Shown here piece after piece: positions 1 to 12,500 of a DNA stretch of 57,114 bases (the first letter of the stretch is position 1; every line of letters starts with the position of its first letter). Source of the DNA: Prorocentrum cordatum (Eukaryota). The stretch is taken from positions 62,001 to 119,114 of the forward strand of contig CAUYUJ010000046.1 of NCBI GenBank assembly GCA_963575745.1, in the 5' to 3' direction. A program made the translations under genes and the position numbers. The notes beneath the pieces were generated by a model that was not told the origin of the DNA, searched no databases, and saw only the letters and a program-made list of their open reading frames with translations.

Positions 1-119
1 AGGACGACGTGGAGGAGGAGGAGGAGGAGGAGGAGGAGAAGCAGCAGCACCAGGGCGACGAGCAGGAGCAGCAACAGGATCAAAAGGAGCTCATCCCTCA
101 TCACTTCCCTTCCTCCCTC

Positions 120-312
120 CTGCCTGCCAACCTTTCTGGAAACTAAGCTGCTGAAAAACCTTCCGCATCAACTTCCCTCCTCGCGCGAAACCGGAGTGAG
201 TGAGGAGGGAGGCTTTCGGGAACTCGAAGCGATTATCTTCTTGATGAAGAAGATGAGAGCCGACACCATGATGGATCGCCCAACGGAGCACCCAAGCAGC
301 AAGTTTGCCCTT
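120..312 (-). CDS. Possible exon(s) of an unidentified host gene
   Basis: Non-repetitive island between purine/pyrimidine tracts with an open frame (GKLAAWVLRWAIHHGVGSHLLHQEDNRFEFPK...GGKLMRKVFQQLSFQKGWQ) ending at a CAG|GC donor-like site. No recognisable family; frame uncertain. Confidence 0.25.
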
Positions 313-352
313 CGAGCGTGGCCGAAGCTCGGGCCCAAAAGGCGGACAGGGT

Positions 353-354
<2 letters not shown>

Positions 355-386
<32 letters not shown>

Positions 387-811
387 GATGGGAAGGAGGA
401 GGAGAAGGAGGGTAGAGGGAGAGAGAGAGGGAAGGAGGAGGAGGAGAGAGAGAGGATGGGAAGGAGGAGGAGGAGAAGGGAGAGAAGCAGGCAGCGTCGT
501 GGCCAAAGTGGGCTGCCCCGCGCCCTGGCTGCCGCAGGTGCGGCGCAAAAAAAAGGCAGCCGTCTGCCACCGTGCCCCCCTGGCACGTGGAGGCACGGAG
601 GCATATGCCAAGGTCTGCCTGGTAGGGTTTTTTTTTTTTCGAACTCTGATGAGATCTCCTCCTCCTCCTCCTCCTCCTCCTCCTCCTCCTCCTCCTCCTC
701 CTCCTCTCCTTCCTCCTCCTCCTCCTCCTCCTCCTCCTCCTCCTCCTCCTCCTCCTCCTCCTCCTCCTCCTCCTCCTCCTCCTCCTCCTCCTCCTCCTCC
801 TCCTCCTCCTC
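355..811. repeat. (GA)n, (GGA)n and (CCT)n microsatellite tracts
   Basis: Directly visible; near-pure (CCT)n at 656-811. Confidence 0.95.
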
Positions 812-1034
812 CAGTAGATGGACAATCTATTCGAACCCTCACACGTTCGAGGGGGATTCTAAATCACCCCCGCGCCCCCGACATCAATGTTGATCTCAGT
901 AAAGGCGGTGCTTTGGGGTTCGCATACTTCTGTCCACTCACGCCCCCCCCCCGTCGCCACGCCATCAATATTAATTTCGGGGGGTCGTCGGGGCATCTTG
1001 GGCCACAGGGTTCGAATATAATGTCCATGTACGG
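812..1034. mobile_element. MITE-like foldback (~220 bp) with ~26-bp terminal inverted repeats
   Basis: Left gtagatggacaatctattcgaaccct versus reverse complement of right end gtacatggacattatattcgaaccct (23/26 identical). Additional internal inverted segments (cccccgacatcaatgttgat / atcaatattaatttcgggggg). Confidence 0.7.
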
Positions 1035-1092
1035 TCCCCCCTACCCGTGGACTCTTGCGTGCACAGCCCCTTCTTCCCGAAGCCACTTCCCT

Positions 1093-1350
1093 CGTGCCCG
1101 CTCCAGGGTGGTGCAGTTCCAGCATGGCCGGTAATACCTGAACCCCTAGTCCACGCGTGCCCGCTCGAGGATGGTACACTTACCGCATGGTAGCTAATGC
1201 CAGACCCCCCTTCCACGCGTGCCCGCTCGAGGATGGTGCACTTCCCGCATGGCAGCTAATGCCTGGACCCTCATTCCATGCGCGCCCGCTGGAAGACTGT
1301 GCACTTCCCGCATGGCTGCTAACTCCTATCCCCTCATCCCACGCGCACCA
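1093..1350. repeat. ~62-63-bp minisatellite, ~4 copies
   Basis: cg(t/c)gcccgct unit starts at 1093, 1156, 1218 and 1281, with a shared cacttcccgcatgg core. Confidence 0.85.
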
Positions 1351-1449
1351 AGGATCGTGCTTTTCCGCATTTCCGGGCGCTGCTCCCAAGCGCTCCAGGG
1401 CCCCCTCTGCCACGATCCCTCGTTAAGAACGATGCATATGCATCCCGAG

Positions 1450-2000
1450 CTTCCAAGACGGCCCGCGCAGGCAACTAAGGAGACCAAGATGGCACAGGAT
1501 ACCTCGAAGACGGCCCAGGATGGCCCCAATGCGACCGAATCTGGGTTCAAGACGGCCCAAGATGCCTCCAAGAGGGCCCAAAATGGCCACACGAGGACCT
1601 CCATCAGTTTCCGAAAAAGCCAAAATCATGGATGTCACCTGCTTTTTTTGTTTTTTTTGTTTCTTGCTGATTTAAATATTCTCGCCCGTTTGGGCTGCCG
1701 TCAGCTCGAGACGGCCCAAGAGGACACCACGATGGCCCAAGCGGCATCCAAGACGGCTCCAAGACGGCCCAAAAGGGCTTCCCGTGGGACCCAGCACGGC
1801 CTTAGAAGGCCCTTTGACGGCCCAAGACGACGCCAAGACGGCTTCCAGACAATCAGAATACGGCCAAGACGGCCCCAAGACGGTTCAAGTGAGCCCCAAG
1901 CCGGCGTAAGGGGGCCCCAAGAGGGCCCAAGAGGGCCTCAAGGGACCTCATGAATGTCCCACAGGAGGCCAAGACAGCCCCAGGACGGCCCAAACGAATT
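1450..2000 (+). repeat. Dispersed CCAAGACGGC-type low-complexity repeat family
   Basis: Many degenerate ccaagacggc/ggcccaaga units. The same family recurs at ~7480-8240, ~15560-15720 and, inverted, at ~21250-21720 and ~25530-25790. Confidence 0.8.
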
Positions 2001-2001
2001 T

Positions 2002-2005
<4 letters not shown>

Positions 2006-2069
<64 letters not shown>

Positions 2070-2407
2070 CCATCAGCATCAGCATCAGCATCAGCATCAG
2101 CATCAGCATCAGCATCAGCATCAGCATCAGCATCATCATCATCATCATCATCATCATCATATTCATCATCAGATTCAGCATCATTATCATAATCATCATC
2201 GTCATCATCTTCATCGTCATTATCATAATCAACATCATCATTATCATCACCATCATCATCATAATCTTCACCGTTTCCGTCACCGTCACCACAATTATCC
2301 TCATCCTCAACCTCATCCTCATTATCATCCTCATCCTTATCGTCATCGCAATCATCATCACCATCACCATCATCACCATTACCACCATCAGCATCAACAT
2401 AATCATC

Positions 2408-2438
<31 letters not shown>

Positions 2439-2460
2439 CCATCATCACCTCCACCATCTT
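2006..2460. repeat. (CAT)n/(CATCAG)n microsatellite
   Basis: Directly visible; source of the poly-H/S/D/M ORFs. Confidence 0.95.
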
Positions 2461-2676
2461 CTTCGTTTATAGTGCTCATCAACCTTACCACGGCTTCCTC
2501 CAAGCCTGGAGACAAAAGGTGTCACAGGTGACCGCCTCCCGTGCCTCCTCGAACAGTCGCCACCCAGCATGCTGGGCTGGTACGGTCGCGGGACTTCCCG
2601 CAAGGAGCTAGATATACCTGTATGTAGATGTATGTAGATACTGTCCTGCCAGTAAATGTATGTAGATCGTTCTCTG

Positions 2677-2709
<33 letters not shown>

Positions 2710-2763
2710 CTGTTCGTGCTACCACTTCCCTCGACCATACATATATAATCAATGCATGTCTAG

Positions 2764-2796
<33 letters not shown>

Positions 2797-2798
<2 letters not shown>

Positions 2799-3818
2799 CC
2801 GCAGCACCCACCATGGACCCCCCTTTTCTCTTGGAAGATGCCAAGAAAAAAAAGGGGGCGGGTGCGGTTGGAGTTTCGGGTGTCGCGTCGTGTTGTGGTG
2901 GTAGGATCTGGAGTACATGTGTGTGTGTTGGAGACGGAGGGAGCCTGTTGAGTATCGGGTGTTGTGTTGGAGAAGGAGGCTGTTGAGTACTGGGTGTTGT
3001 GTTGGAGACGGAGGGAGTTGAGTAGAAGGCTCTTTTCAAGTTCAGCTTGGGGAGGGAGCCTGTTGATGTTGAGTATCGGATGTTGTGTTGGAGAAGGAGG
3101 CTGTTGAGTACTGGGTGTTGTGTTGGAGACGGAGGGAGTTGAGTAGAAGGGAGCTCAACAAGTCTTCCAAAAAAGAGCCTCAAAAGTGAGTCCGAAAATC
3201 GTAGGAATCATAATATAAATTCATATATAATCATGAGAAAGGGGGGTTCTTGGTGCAGCTTGGGGAGGGAGCCTGTTGAGTATCGGGTGTTGTGTTGGAG
3301 AAGGAGGCTGTTGAGTACTGGGTGTTGTGTTGGAGACGGAGGGAGTTGAGTAGAAGGTTCTTTTCAAGTTCAGCTTGGGGAGGGAGCCTGTTGAGTATCG
3401 GGTGTTGTGTTGGAGAAGGAGGCTGTTGAGTACTGGGTGTTGTGTTGGAGACGGAGGGAGTTGAGTAGAAGGTTCTTTTCAAGTTCAGCTTGGGGAGGGA
3501 GCCTGTTGAGTATCGGGTGTTGTGTTGGAGAAGGAGGCTGTTGAGTACTGGGTGTTGTGTTGGAGACGGAGGGAGTTGAGTAGAAGGTTCTTTTCAAGTT
3601 CAGCTTGGGGAGGGAGCCTGTTGAGTATCGGGTGTTGCGTTGGAGAAGGAGGCTGTTGAGTAATGGGTGTTGTGTTGGAGACGGAGGGAGTTAAGTAGAA
3701 GGGAGCCCAAAAAGTCTTCCAAAAAAGAGCCTCAAAAGTGAGTCCGAAAATCGTAGGAATCATATATACAATCATACATAATCATAAGAAAGGGGGGTTC
3801 TTGGTCGGTGCACAGGGC
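2797..3818. mobile_element. Non-autonomous TIR element in (TA)n with internal 115-bp tandem array
   Basis: Flanked on both sides by (TA)n. Imperfect ~30-bp TIRs (ggccgcagcacccaccatggacccccctttt vs reverse-complemented gccctgtgcaccgaccaagaacccccctttc). cagcttggggaggg unit starts at 3256, 3371, 3486 and 3601. The right-end block is duplicated internally at ~3150-3254. Confidence 0.65.
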
Positions 3819-3855
3819 TATATATATATATATATACAAGTTTGTAAATGAAAAT

Positions 3856-4362
3856 CGGAGGTGAGGGGGTGAGAACGAAGTGGAACGGAGAGCCCCCCTA
3901 CCGGGAAATCGATTTCGGTTTCGTGTTCGTGCGTGCCGCGCGGGCGAGGCGAAGCTGCGTGGGCGGGCGAGAGAAAGTCTCCTGTGGCTGAGGCGCGGCC
4001 GGACCTTAATGATTCCCTTCCGGGCGGCCGGTGGCCCGCGGTGTCCCGCCGGTGTCCCGCTTGTGTCCCGTGTGGCTGAGGCGCGGCCGGACCAAATGAT
4101 TCCCTTCCGGGCGGCCGTGGCCCGCGGTGTCCCGCCGGTGTCCCACGGTGTCCCCCGGTGTCCCGCGGTGCCCCGCGGTGTCCCGCCGGTGTCCCGCAGT
4201 GTCCCGCGATGATGATGATGATGGTGATGATGAGAGGATGATGATGATGATGATGATGGTGATGGTGATGGTGATGATGATGATGATGCTGCTGATGATG
4301 ATGATGACGATGATGATGATGATTGTGATGCTGATGATGATGGTGATGATGATGATGATGAT

Positions 4363-4423
<61 letters not shown>

Positions 4424-5414
4424 CGATGATGATGATGATGACGATGATGATGATGCTGATGGTGTCCCGATGATGAGGATGATGATGATGATCATGATGA
4501 TTATGTTGATGATCATGATGATGACGATGATGGTGTCCCGATGATGATGAGTATGATGATGTTGTTGATGATGCTGATTATGATTGTGTCCCGATGATGA
4601 TGATGTTGATGATGATGAGGTTGATGATGATTATGGCGTCCCGATGATGACGATTATTCTGATGGTGATGATGATGTTGATGATGATGGCGTCCCGATGG
4701 TGATGATGATGATGATGGTGTTGATGCTGATGTTGGTAATGATGATAATGGTGCCCCGATGATGACGATGGTGATGCTGATGATGATGTTGATGATGCTG
4801 ATGCTGATGATGTCGATGATGAGGATGAGATGATGATGATGGGGTCCGGATGATGATGATGATAACGATGGTGATCAGGATGGTGTCCCGATGATGATGC
4901 TGCTGCTGATGATGATGATGACGATGACTGTGCCCCGATGCTGCTGATGATGATGTTGATGATGATGATTGTGATGATGGTGCTGATGATGATGACGATG
5001 GTGGTGTCCCGATGATGTTGATGCCCGTGATGATGACGATGTTGGTGTTGATGATGAGGACGGTGTCCCGATTATGATGATGTTGGTGATGATGATGTTG
5101 ATGATGATGTTGTTGTTGATGATGATGATGACGTTGATTGTGAGAGCGGTTGTGATATCGATAGTGAGATCGATAGTGAGACCGAATGTGATATCGATAG
5201 TGAGATCGATTGTGAGATCGTTTGTGAGATCGATAGTCAGATCAATTGTGAGATATACCGAGTGAGATCGATTGTGAGAACGATCGAAGGAGATCGATCG
5301 AGCGAGACCGATACTGAGATCGATAGTGAGATCGATAGTGAGACCGATCGAGTGAGACGTTGATTCCTCCCCCCCGAACCTTCTTATCTCCCGAAGGGTG
5401 GTCGTATAGGTATA
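3856..5414 (+). repeat. ~1.55-kb composite dispersed repeat, copy A (unique head + GTCCC repeats + (GAT)n + GTGAGATCGATA repeats + terminal hairpin)
   Basis: Its reverse complement is present at 13537-15045 with the same module order and highly similar unique ends (e.g. ccgggaaatcgatttcggtttcgtgttcgtgcgtgcc; cccgaagggtggtcgtataggtata). Confidence 0.85.
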
Positions 5415-6856
5415 CAAATTCTTTACCTTACTTACATGACACGGATCCCCCACTGATGGAGCACACCCAAGGCACACTTGATTTCAAGGGAGGTCCGGGC
5501 GGACCCTAACAACTCCACATCCCTCCAGACAGTGCAAAAGATGTCTGGGGCCCGACGCTCAGAAATCGCGATCCGTTGCCGCAAGACTCCTGCGTAACCC
5601 TCGCGAAAGACCCCACGAGGCACCCAAAAAGGCCACAAAACATCCCCAAGCACCCCCTGGGCCCCAGCCTACCGTTCTTCCATAGGAGCTGTCCTCTCGC
5701 TTGCCGTGCACCTGTTGCCGCGCGGAATTGTCAGCCAAGGATCCGCACTGCCGCACCGACAAGCCGCACCACGACCCTCTCGCAGCTCGGGCCGCCGATG
5801 TCATGACGATTTTGTTCGTTAATCCTCTTCCCCCACTCCCTCACCAACACCTCCGCCTCATCTTTCTTTCCCTCTTCCCGCGCACTCCCTCCTCATGTCT
5901 TCCAACAGTCCAAACTCCCAGCCGAACCTCTTTCTCCGACTCAAGCCGCGCGCACAAAATGCCCCGACAGATCGTCAAGTACGAGACTCCGTCTGCGTAA
6001 CTGCGTGTAGCTGTGCGTCGACCCTCCCAGTGCACATGATCTGAGGTACGCACCGCGACACAAATGCGGGCAAAAATACCCCGACACGTTGTCAATCCTC
6101 GGGCTTGGCCTCCGTTTCACGTCTGGTAATGTTGTCAAGCCTTTGAGCCTATAAAATCAAATCAGGGATAGCACACCTCACCTGGAAGATTCCTCTCCCT
6201 CTCCCCTTCCACTTTCACCCATGCCCGACACAAAAGACATTGTGAGTTTGTGTATGTCCATTTGCACGTATGCTTCAAGATCTTGAGTTACGTTCGCGCG
6301 CAAGCAGATGCACGTATGTCAACGTGACACGTATGCGTCAACATGCGATATAAGATCAAGCGTCGGGCTTCCTACTCCTAATCTCTCCTCTGTCCTTCTG
6401 TTGTCAAATCCCGGACTTTCCTCGAGCCCCGATCCCTTCCCAAACTCAATCCTGAACATATGTTCCCCAAGTCCTCGAGTTTCTACGGCGAGAGTGCCAC
6501 GCGCACAAACTTCCCCAACGAAATATGAAGACCAGGCTGCGCCATTTAGGTTCTCTTCCACGTTGGAATACAAAATGCTCCTCGAAACCCCCGTCCTTCC
6601 ATGACTCAACCCTCCTCCGTTGTCCCTCCTCGGCCCTCCCCCAGGCCCCGATACCTGACCGAGCTCATTCATCAACCACTTCTCCTACCAGCTACCGAAC
6701 TTATACGGCGACAGACACACGAACTTGTTGACGGTTCTCAAAAGGAGCACAGCAGCGTTCCTCGAGGTCGACCACGGCGGGGCCGCTGCGGGCCCCGAGG
6801 CCGACGGACATCTGCCGCGGATACTGCGCAAAAGGGTGATGCCACAAAATGACAGG

Positions 6857-6893
6857 ACGTTGTGGCGAAGCGAAGCGGGCCAACAATACCTTG
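6857..6893 (+). mobile_element. Helitron-like 3' terminus (hairpin + CTTG)
   Basis: ttgtggcgaagcgaagcgggccaacaataccttg resembles the termini at 13467-13506 and 22079-22118 (ggcgaagcgcagcgagcc...cttg). Confidence 0.45.
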
Positions 6894-7049
6894 CATACAT
6901 GCTATAGATACGCCTTCTTGTACACGTATACATGAGAACAGCTGTGGGAGAATGCATGAGAACACCTGTCGCTGCCGCCACTACGTGTGCATCTGTACAT
7001 GAGTACAAGTGTGTATCGATGTACACAAACTACAATAGTACGTTGACTC

Positions 7050-7204
7050 CCTATCTCTCTCTCGCTCTCTCTTTCTCTCCATCTTTCTCTTTCTCATCAT
7101 CTCTCCCCCCATTGCTGATTAAGTATCCCTGTCTTTCTCTCTGCCAGTATGTCTGTCTGTCTGTCTCTCTGTCTGTCTGTCCTTTTTCTGTCTGTCTGTC
7201 CCTC

Positions 7205-7256
<52 letters not shown>

Positions 7257-7410
7257 CCTCTCCCCCTCTGTCTTTCTCTTTCGTTCTCTCTCCCTCTCTC
7301 TCTCTCTCACTCTCTCACTCTCTCACTCTCCCTATATATATATATATATATACATATATCTATGTATATTTATATATATATAATATATATATAATATATA
7401 TATATATCCT
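7050..7410. repeat. (CT)n, (CTGT)n and (TA)n microsatellites
   Basis: Directly visible. Confidence 0.95.
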
Positions 7411-8639
7411 TCTACCTATCAATTTACAAGGAAAAACCCGGCATGTCACCGACACCCCCCCCCACATGGACCCCACATGAACCCCACAGGCCCCCAAGAG
7501 AGCCCCACAATGCTTCGAGACGGCCCAAAATACCCCGAAGAGAGCGACACGAGGCCTACATCGGGAGCCCAAGACAGCAGAAGGCACTTCCGAGACGTCC
7601 TCTGCAAGGCCCAAGAGGCCCCAAGACGGCCCCAGAGTGCTCCAACAGGACCAAACATGGGCTCAAGACGGCCCAGGATGCCCCCGCAAAGACCTCCAAT
7701 ACGGCCTCAGCAGGCCAAAAACCTTAATTTTCCATTGGTTTTTGAACGACTCTGTGCTTCTCGCCTTTTCTGGCCACGAACGGCCGAAGAATGGTCTGCG
7801 AGCTTCCGAGGTCGCCCCGAAATGGCCTCCAGGCGGCCCAATGGGGCCCCAAGATGGGCCAATCAAGCGCCAAGAAAGCCAGGGAGCGCCCAAAAGACCC
7901 CTAAAAGACATCCAAGAGGGCCCCAACAGAGCCACGGGATGCTTCAGAGAGGGCCCGAGAGAGCCCCAACACGGCCCCAGGACGGCCCAAGCCCCCCCCA
8001 GACAGCCCACGAGGGCCGCAGGACAGCCCAAGAAGGCCCTCCGATGGTATACAAAAGCACCAACAGGAGCTCCACTCAGTCTTAGAGCCGTCAAATTCAT
8101 TACACTCTGATTGACCTGAGTGGCCCCCCCCCATCGCCCCTAGTTCTTCTCAAGCTCGCCCCAAGACGGCACATGAGACGGCACATGAGGCCCTGCAAAC
8201 ATCCCCACTAGAGCCCAAGAGGGTTCCAAGATAACTCCCGGCATGACCTACTCGGACGTCCGACAGCCCATGTCTCGTCCTTTTCCACCTCCTCCTCCTC
8301 CTCCTCCTCCGTTTCCCCCTCTCTGCCCCTCACCCCCTCCTCAACCTCCTTCTTCCCTCGAACTCGTCGCCTTCCCTCTCCTCCTCGTCCTCCTCCTCCT
8401 CCTCCATCGCCCTCTCCTCATTTGCCTCCACCGACTCCGGGATACGAAAACTGATATTCATTTTCTCAAGAGGTTTTCTCCTGATCCTCCTCCTCCTCCT
8501 GCTCCTTCGAAGCTCTGAAGACATCCCCAAGAAAGTCCAAGAAGGTTCCAACCTAACTCTCGACACCAACTATTCGGAAATCTCCTCCCCACCTCCCTCT
8601 GCTGCTCCTCCTCCTCCGGTTCTTTATCCTCCTGCTCCT

Positions 8640-9197
8640 CTTGCTCCTCCTGTAGTTCGTTGTCTTCCTCCTCCGCTGTCTCGTCAAAAGCCCCAGACCA
8701 CATACTGTTATCACAAGCTCCCCAAAAGCAACCAGGGGTGCCAAGACAGACCAAGGGGGCTCCGAAGAGGGCCCACGATAGGCTTCCAGGGCCCGGGGAA
8801 CCACAATTTGATGCGCAGTTCTCCTTTCGTCTCAGGAGCCCATGGAACACTCGCGAAAACTAAAACATACCCCAGACCCCAGACTGTTATCACCAGCTCC
8901 CCAGAAGAACCCACGAGACTCCTGGACGGCCCAAGAAGACCCCACCACGGGCCTACGACAAGGTTTCCTCTTGCTTTTCCTCCTCCTGCTCCTCTCTCTC
9001 TCCTGTAGTTCGCTGTCTTCCTTCTCCGCTGCCTTCTGAAGGGCCCCAGATCTGAGACTCATATCCAAGCTCCCCAAAGACACCAAGGCGCCGCCACAAG
9101 ACACACCTGGGGGGCCCCAGAGAGATCCCACGACAGGCTTCCAGGGTCTGGGGAACCACAATTTGATGCGCAGTCTCCCTCTCGTCTCAGGAGCCCA
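8640..9197. repeat. Diverged ~200-bp direct duplication, spacing ~353 bp
   Basis: ctgtagttcg...ggcttccaggg...ggggaaccacaatttgatgcgcagt...cgtctcaggagccca occurs at ~8650-8841 and ~9004-9197. Confidence 0.75.
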
Positions 9198-9536
9198 CCT
9201 CCTTTGTCTCCTCTTTCTCCCTCTCCTCGTCCTCCTTCTCCTCCCTTCGTCCACCTTTCTCCCCCGCCGCACTATCCTGGTCCTGTTCCTCCTCCTCTCC
9301 TCTCTCCCCCGTCACCGCCTTCTTATACTCTTCCTTCAGCGACCCCGGGAACTAAAATATGATGCTCACCTTTCCTTCAAGCCCTATCACCCCGTCCTCC
9401 ACATCCCCCCCTTCTCCTGCTTCCCCTTCCACCATGTTGCTTCATTTTCAGTACACTCCGACGCGTTGGCTCGAAAGGCGTAGATATCCCATTCTTGGGA
9501 TGGACACATGTACACCGTGATCATTTGCTCTGCGCC

Positions 9537-12500
9537 ATGGGCCCCAAGCGGGCAGCATGCTTTACGTGCTCTGTCTGCGAGGCCGACCTGCTGCGCGACT
9601 CGTTCACACCTACCCAGCTACACAAAGCCACGAAGACTTGCAAATAATGTGCCACACGGGCATCTTTCACGTGCTCGGCGTGCACGCCCGACCTTCCGCG
9701 CGACTCTTTCACACCCACTCAGCTGCACAAAGCCACAACGATTTGCAAAGCATGCGCCGCCCTCCAAAACAGACCTGCGGTGGCCCTGCCCTGCACTCGC
9801 TGTCGCGAGGAGCTCTCCCCCGAGGACTTCGCAGTTCAACGCCGACACAGAACCGAGAGAATTTGCTTCATTTTGTGTCCGTGCTCGATGCGGAGGAACA
9901 TTGCCGCTGGGCGATTTTGCTCCCAGATGGCACGCCCGCAACCAGAAGATATGCCGACGCTGCTGTCCACTAGGACGCCCGGAGGACGCCTTTTCCCGAA
10001 TCGATTTGGGTGCCATGACGCACACATGCACCCATTGCTCTGCAAAGCTGTTCCACTGCGAAGGCGATGGTTTCTGCTGCGGCGCTGGGAAGCATTACGT
10101 GGACTTCACAAAGTACCACAAGCCCCCTGCAGGCGCTGTCATGAAAACGTTCGGCACTACGTGGCTGTGCAAGGACGAACAGGGACGCCCAATACACGAC
10201 GCCATTTCCAATGCACCTCGATTGACGGGATTCTCAGCCATCAGCAGGCGCTGCAATAGTCTGTTCTCTTTCGCCGTGCACGAGATTCAAAGCACTACTT
10301 CAGAACGGGAGATGCGATTCAATAGCGAGCTGCGGCCTTCCAATATCCGAATCCCTGGCACGATGTACCGGCGGACTTGGAGCTGCGCTGACACGACGCC
10401 TCTACGCTACATTGTCGTCGACCCTCGGGGGCGCGTCACGAACGCCACTGCGCACAATGTGGACCTAAAGTTGCTTCGGCGACTGGAGACACTTATCCTT
10501 CCGCACAATGGCTATGCGAAAGAGCTTCGACGCCTGTCGGCCCCGTCAGTACGCGGCGCCGCCGTGGCGGTCGAGCTCCAGTGGGGCGAGGGCATCAACG
10601 AGCTCGCTGCGATTGCCCATGAAACACCCCGCGTGGACGCGTCGCCCTGGTCTGTCGTATTCCGAAGGAACTCGTGTCCCACGCCGCAATGCCTGAACCC
10701 GCTGAGCGCGCTCTACGAGCCCTTGAGTTACCCGCTCTGGTTTCCCCGCGGCGGCCGCGGATGGAGCGCCGACATGCTCGCGAACGCGGGGCAGCGCCTC
10801 ACGCAGATGTGGTGGCACCGTTAACACCTGCTACGAAGCCCACGCATGAATTTATGTGGGCGGCTCTTGAACGAGTGGCTCGTGGACATGCAATGCAGGA
10901 TGGAGGATGAGAGGCTCGGACTTCTTCGCAGAGCACAGGCTCGACGAACTTCCAAAAGAGAAGACATGTGCGAGGCCCTCGCCAATGACGCGCCCGTCCC
11001 TGGCACGAGTGCATATTTGTCTTCGAGCGTGCTCGGCCCCCCCCGCCACCCACGCAAGCTCCGAATGGACTCCCTGGAGCTTGCTCGGCGAAAAGGCCCG
11101 CCAACCTTCTTCAGCACGTTGACGTGCAACCCATACTGGCCCGAGATCACTGCCGCTCTGCATCCGGGCCAGGCAGCAGCAGACCGCCCAGACATCGTGG
11201 TCCGCGTATTCCGCGCTCGATTGGAGAAGGCGATGGCGCACCTCAAGCGTGAGTTCTGTGGAGACCGCAGGTACGTCATCAGGGTTATTGAATATCAGCG
11301 CAGAGGGCTGCCCCGTGCTCACATTGCCATAGCCCTGACGACGCCACCAACTGCGCCCGAAAGCCGTAGGCACCTTCGTCCCATGCGAACTTCCACCAGA
11401 CGGTCCTGTCCGCGCACTCGTCCTTCAACACATGATGCACTCGTGCAGCCATTCGTGCCACCCCGACGACCCATCTCAGGAGTGCATCACAGGGTGCCCG
11501 TGGCCTTTCCAGGGTATCCACATCACCGCCGCAGACATTGCGGCGGTGACTGCCCCAATTGCGCGTCTGGGACCCCATCTTACGGAAAACGATCTGCGTG
11601 CTGCAACCGGCTGATCGTGGAATACAACCCCACCATCCTCCTGCTGTGGGACGGACACGCCAATGTCAAATTCGCAGGGTCCGTCAACCTGTTCCAATAC
11701 CTTTACAAATCCCTGTTCAAAGGACCAGACCTTGTCAAGTACGAGCTCCAGGAGGACACTGGCAACAAAGACGAGATTAAAGAATGGCAGCGTGGCCGTT
11801 ATCTTTGCGCCACGGAATGCGCGTGGCGCATGTTTGGCTACACTACGTATGAACGCATCCCTCATGTGGTTTGTCTACGAGTACATTGCGAAGACGAAGA
11901 TTGGATCACCTATGCCGCCGGACAAGAAGAGGACGCCGTACAATCGTCTATTTCGTTTTTTTCAACGCTACTTCCACCGGCCCAAGTTCGAGCCGTACCT
12001 CTCCACGAAGTACTACGAATATTTCGAGCGCTTCATGGTGGCCAAATCTTGCCCGCAAGCCTTGCAGCACCACTTTCCCGACCTCTTTCCACGGGCTGCG
12101 GCGCCTTCGGCGACCCCCCCGCCGGGCGGGGCCCTGGCGCCCGTGCTCGACGCTGCCCCTCCAGGCCGGACCCACTTCGTCTACGAGAAGCAACGGGGCG
12201 AACATCCTATATGCAGGCTCGAAATGAAGTGCCCCAAACAGAGAGAGGTGTTCTACCTCAGACACATACTGTTGAACTGCCCAAAACCAAGCTTCGCCGA
12301 CTGCAAAACCCACGCCGGCCGGAGGTACCCTACTTATGAGCAAGCCCTTGTGGCGACCGGGTGTTTTGCGACAGCTGACGAACCCGCGCTGGTGCTCCAG
12401 GAGTTAGTCGAGCTTCGATACACTGCCGCTCAACTACGGTTCGCCTTCGTCGCGTTGCTCGAGCAGGACGCGTGCGCCGTGACGCTGTGCAACAAGTTCG

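Noticed and set aside
3256..3700. Possible CRISPR or other repeat-spacer array (also 16415-16740, 25826-26123, 29975-31120, 46713-47160)
   Set aside because: Units repeat in full with no unique spacers, and no cas-like or other effector gene is adjacent; these are minisatellites.
9508..9870. N-terminus of ORF 9508..10824 as the real Helitron start
   Set aside because: The frame starting at 9537 has a gccATGG context and repeated Cys motifs; the called frame becomes Helitron-like only after ~9870.
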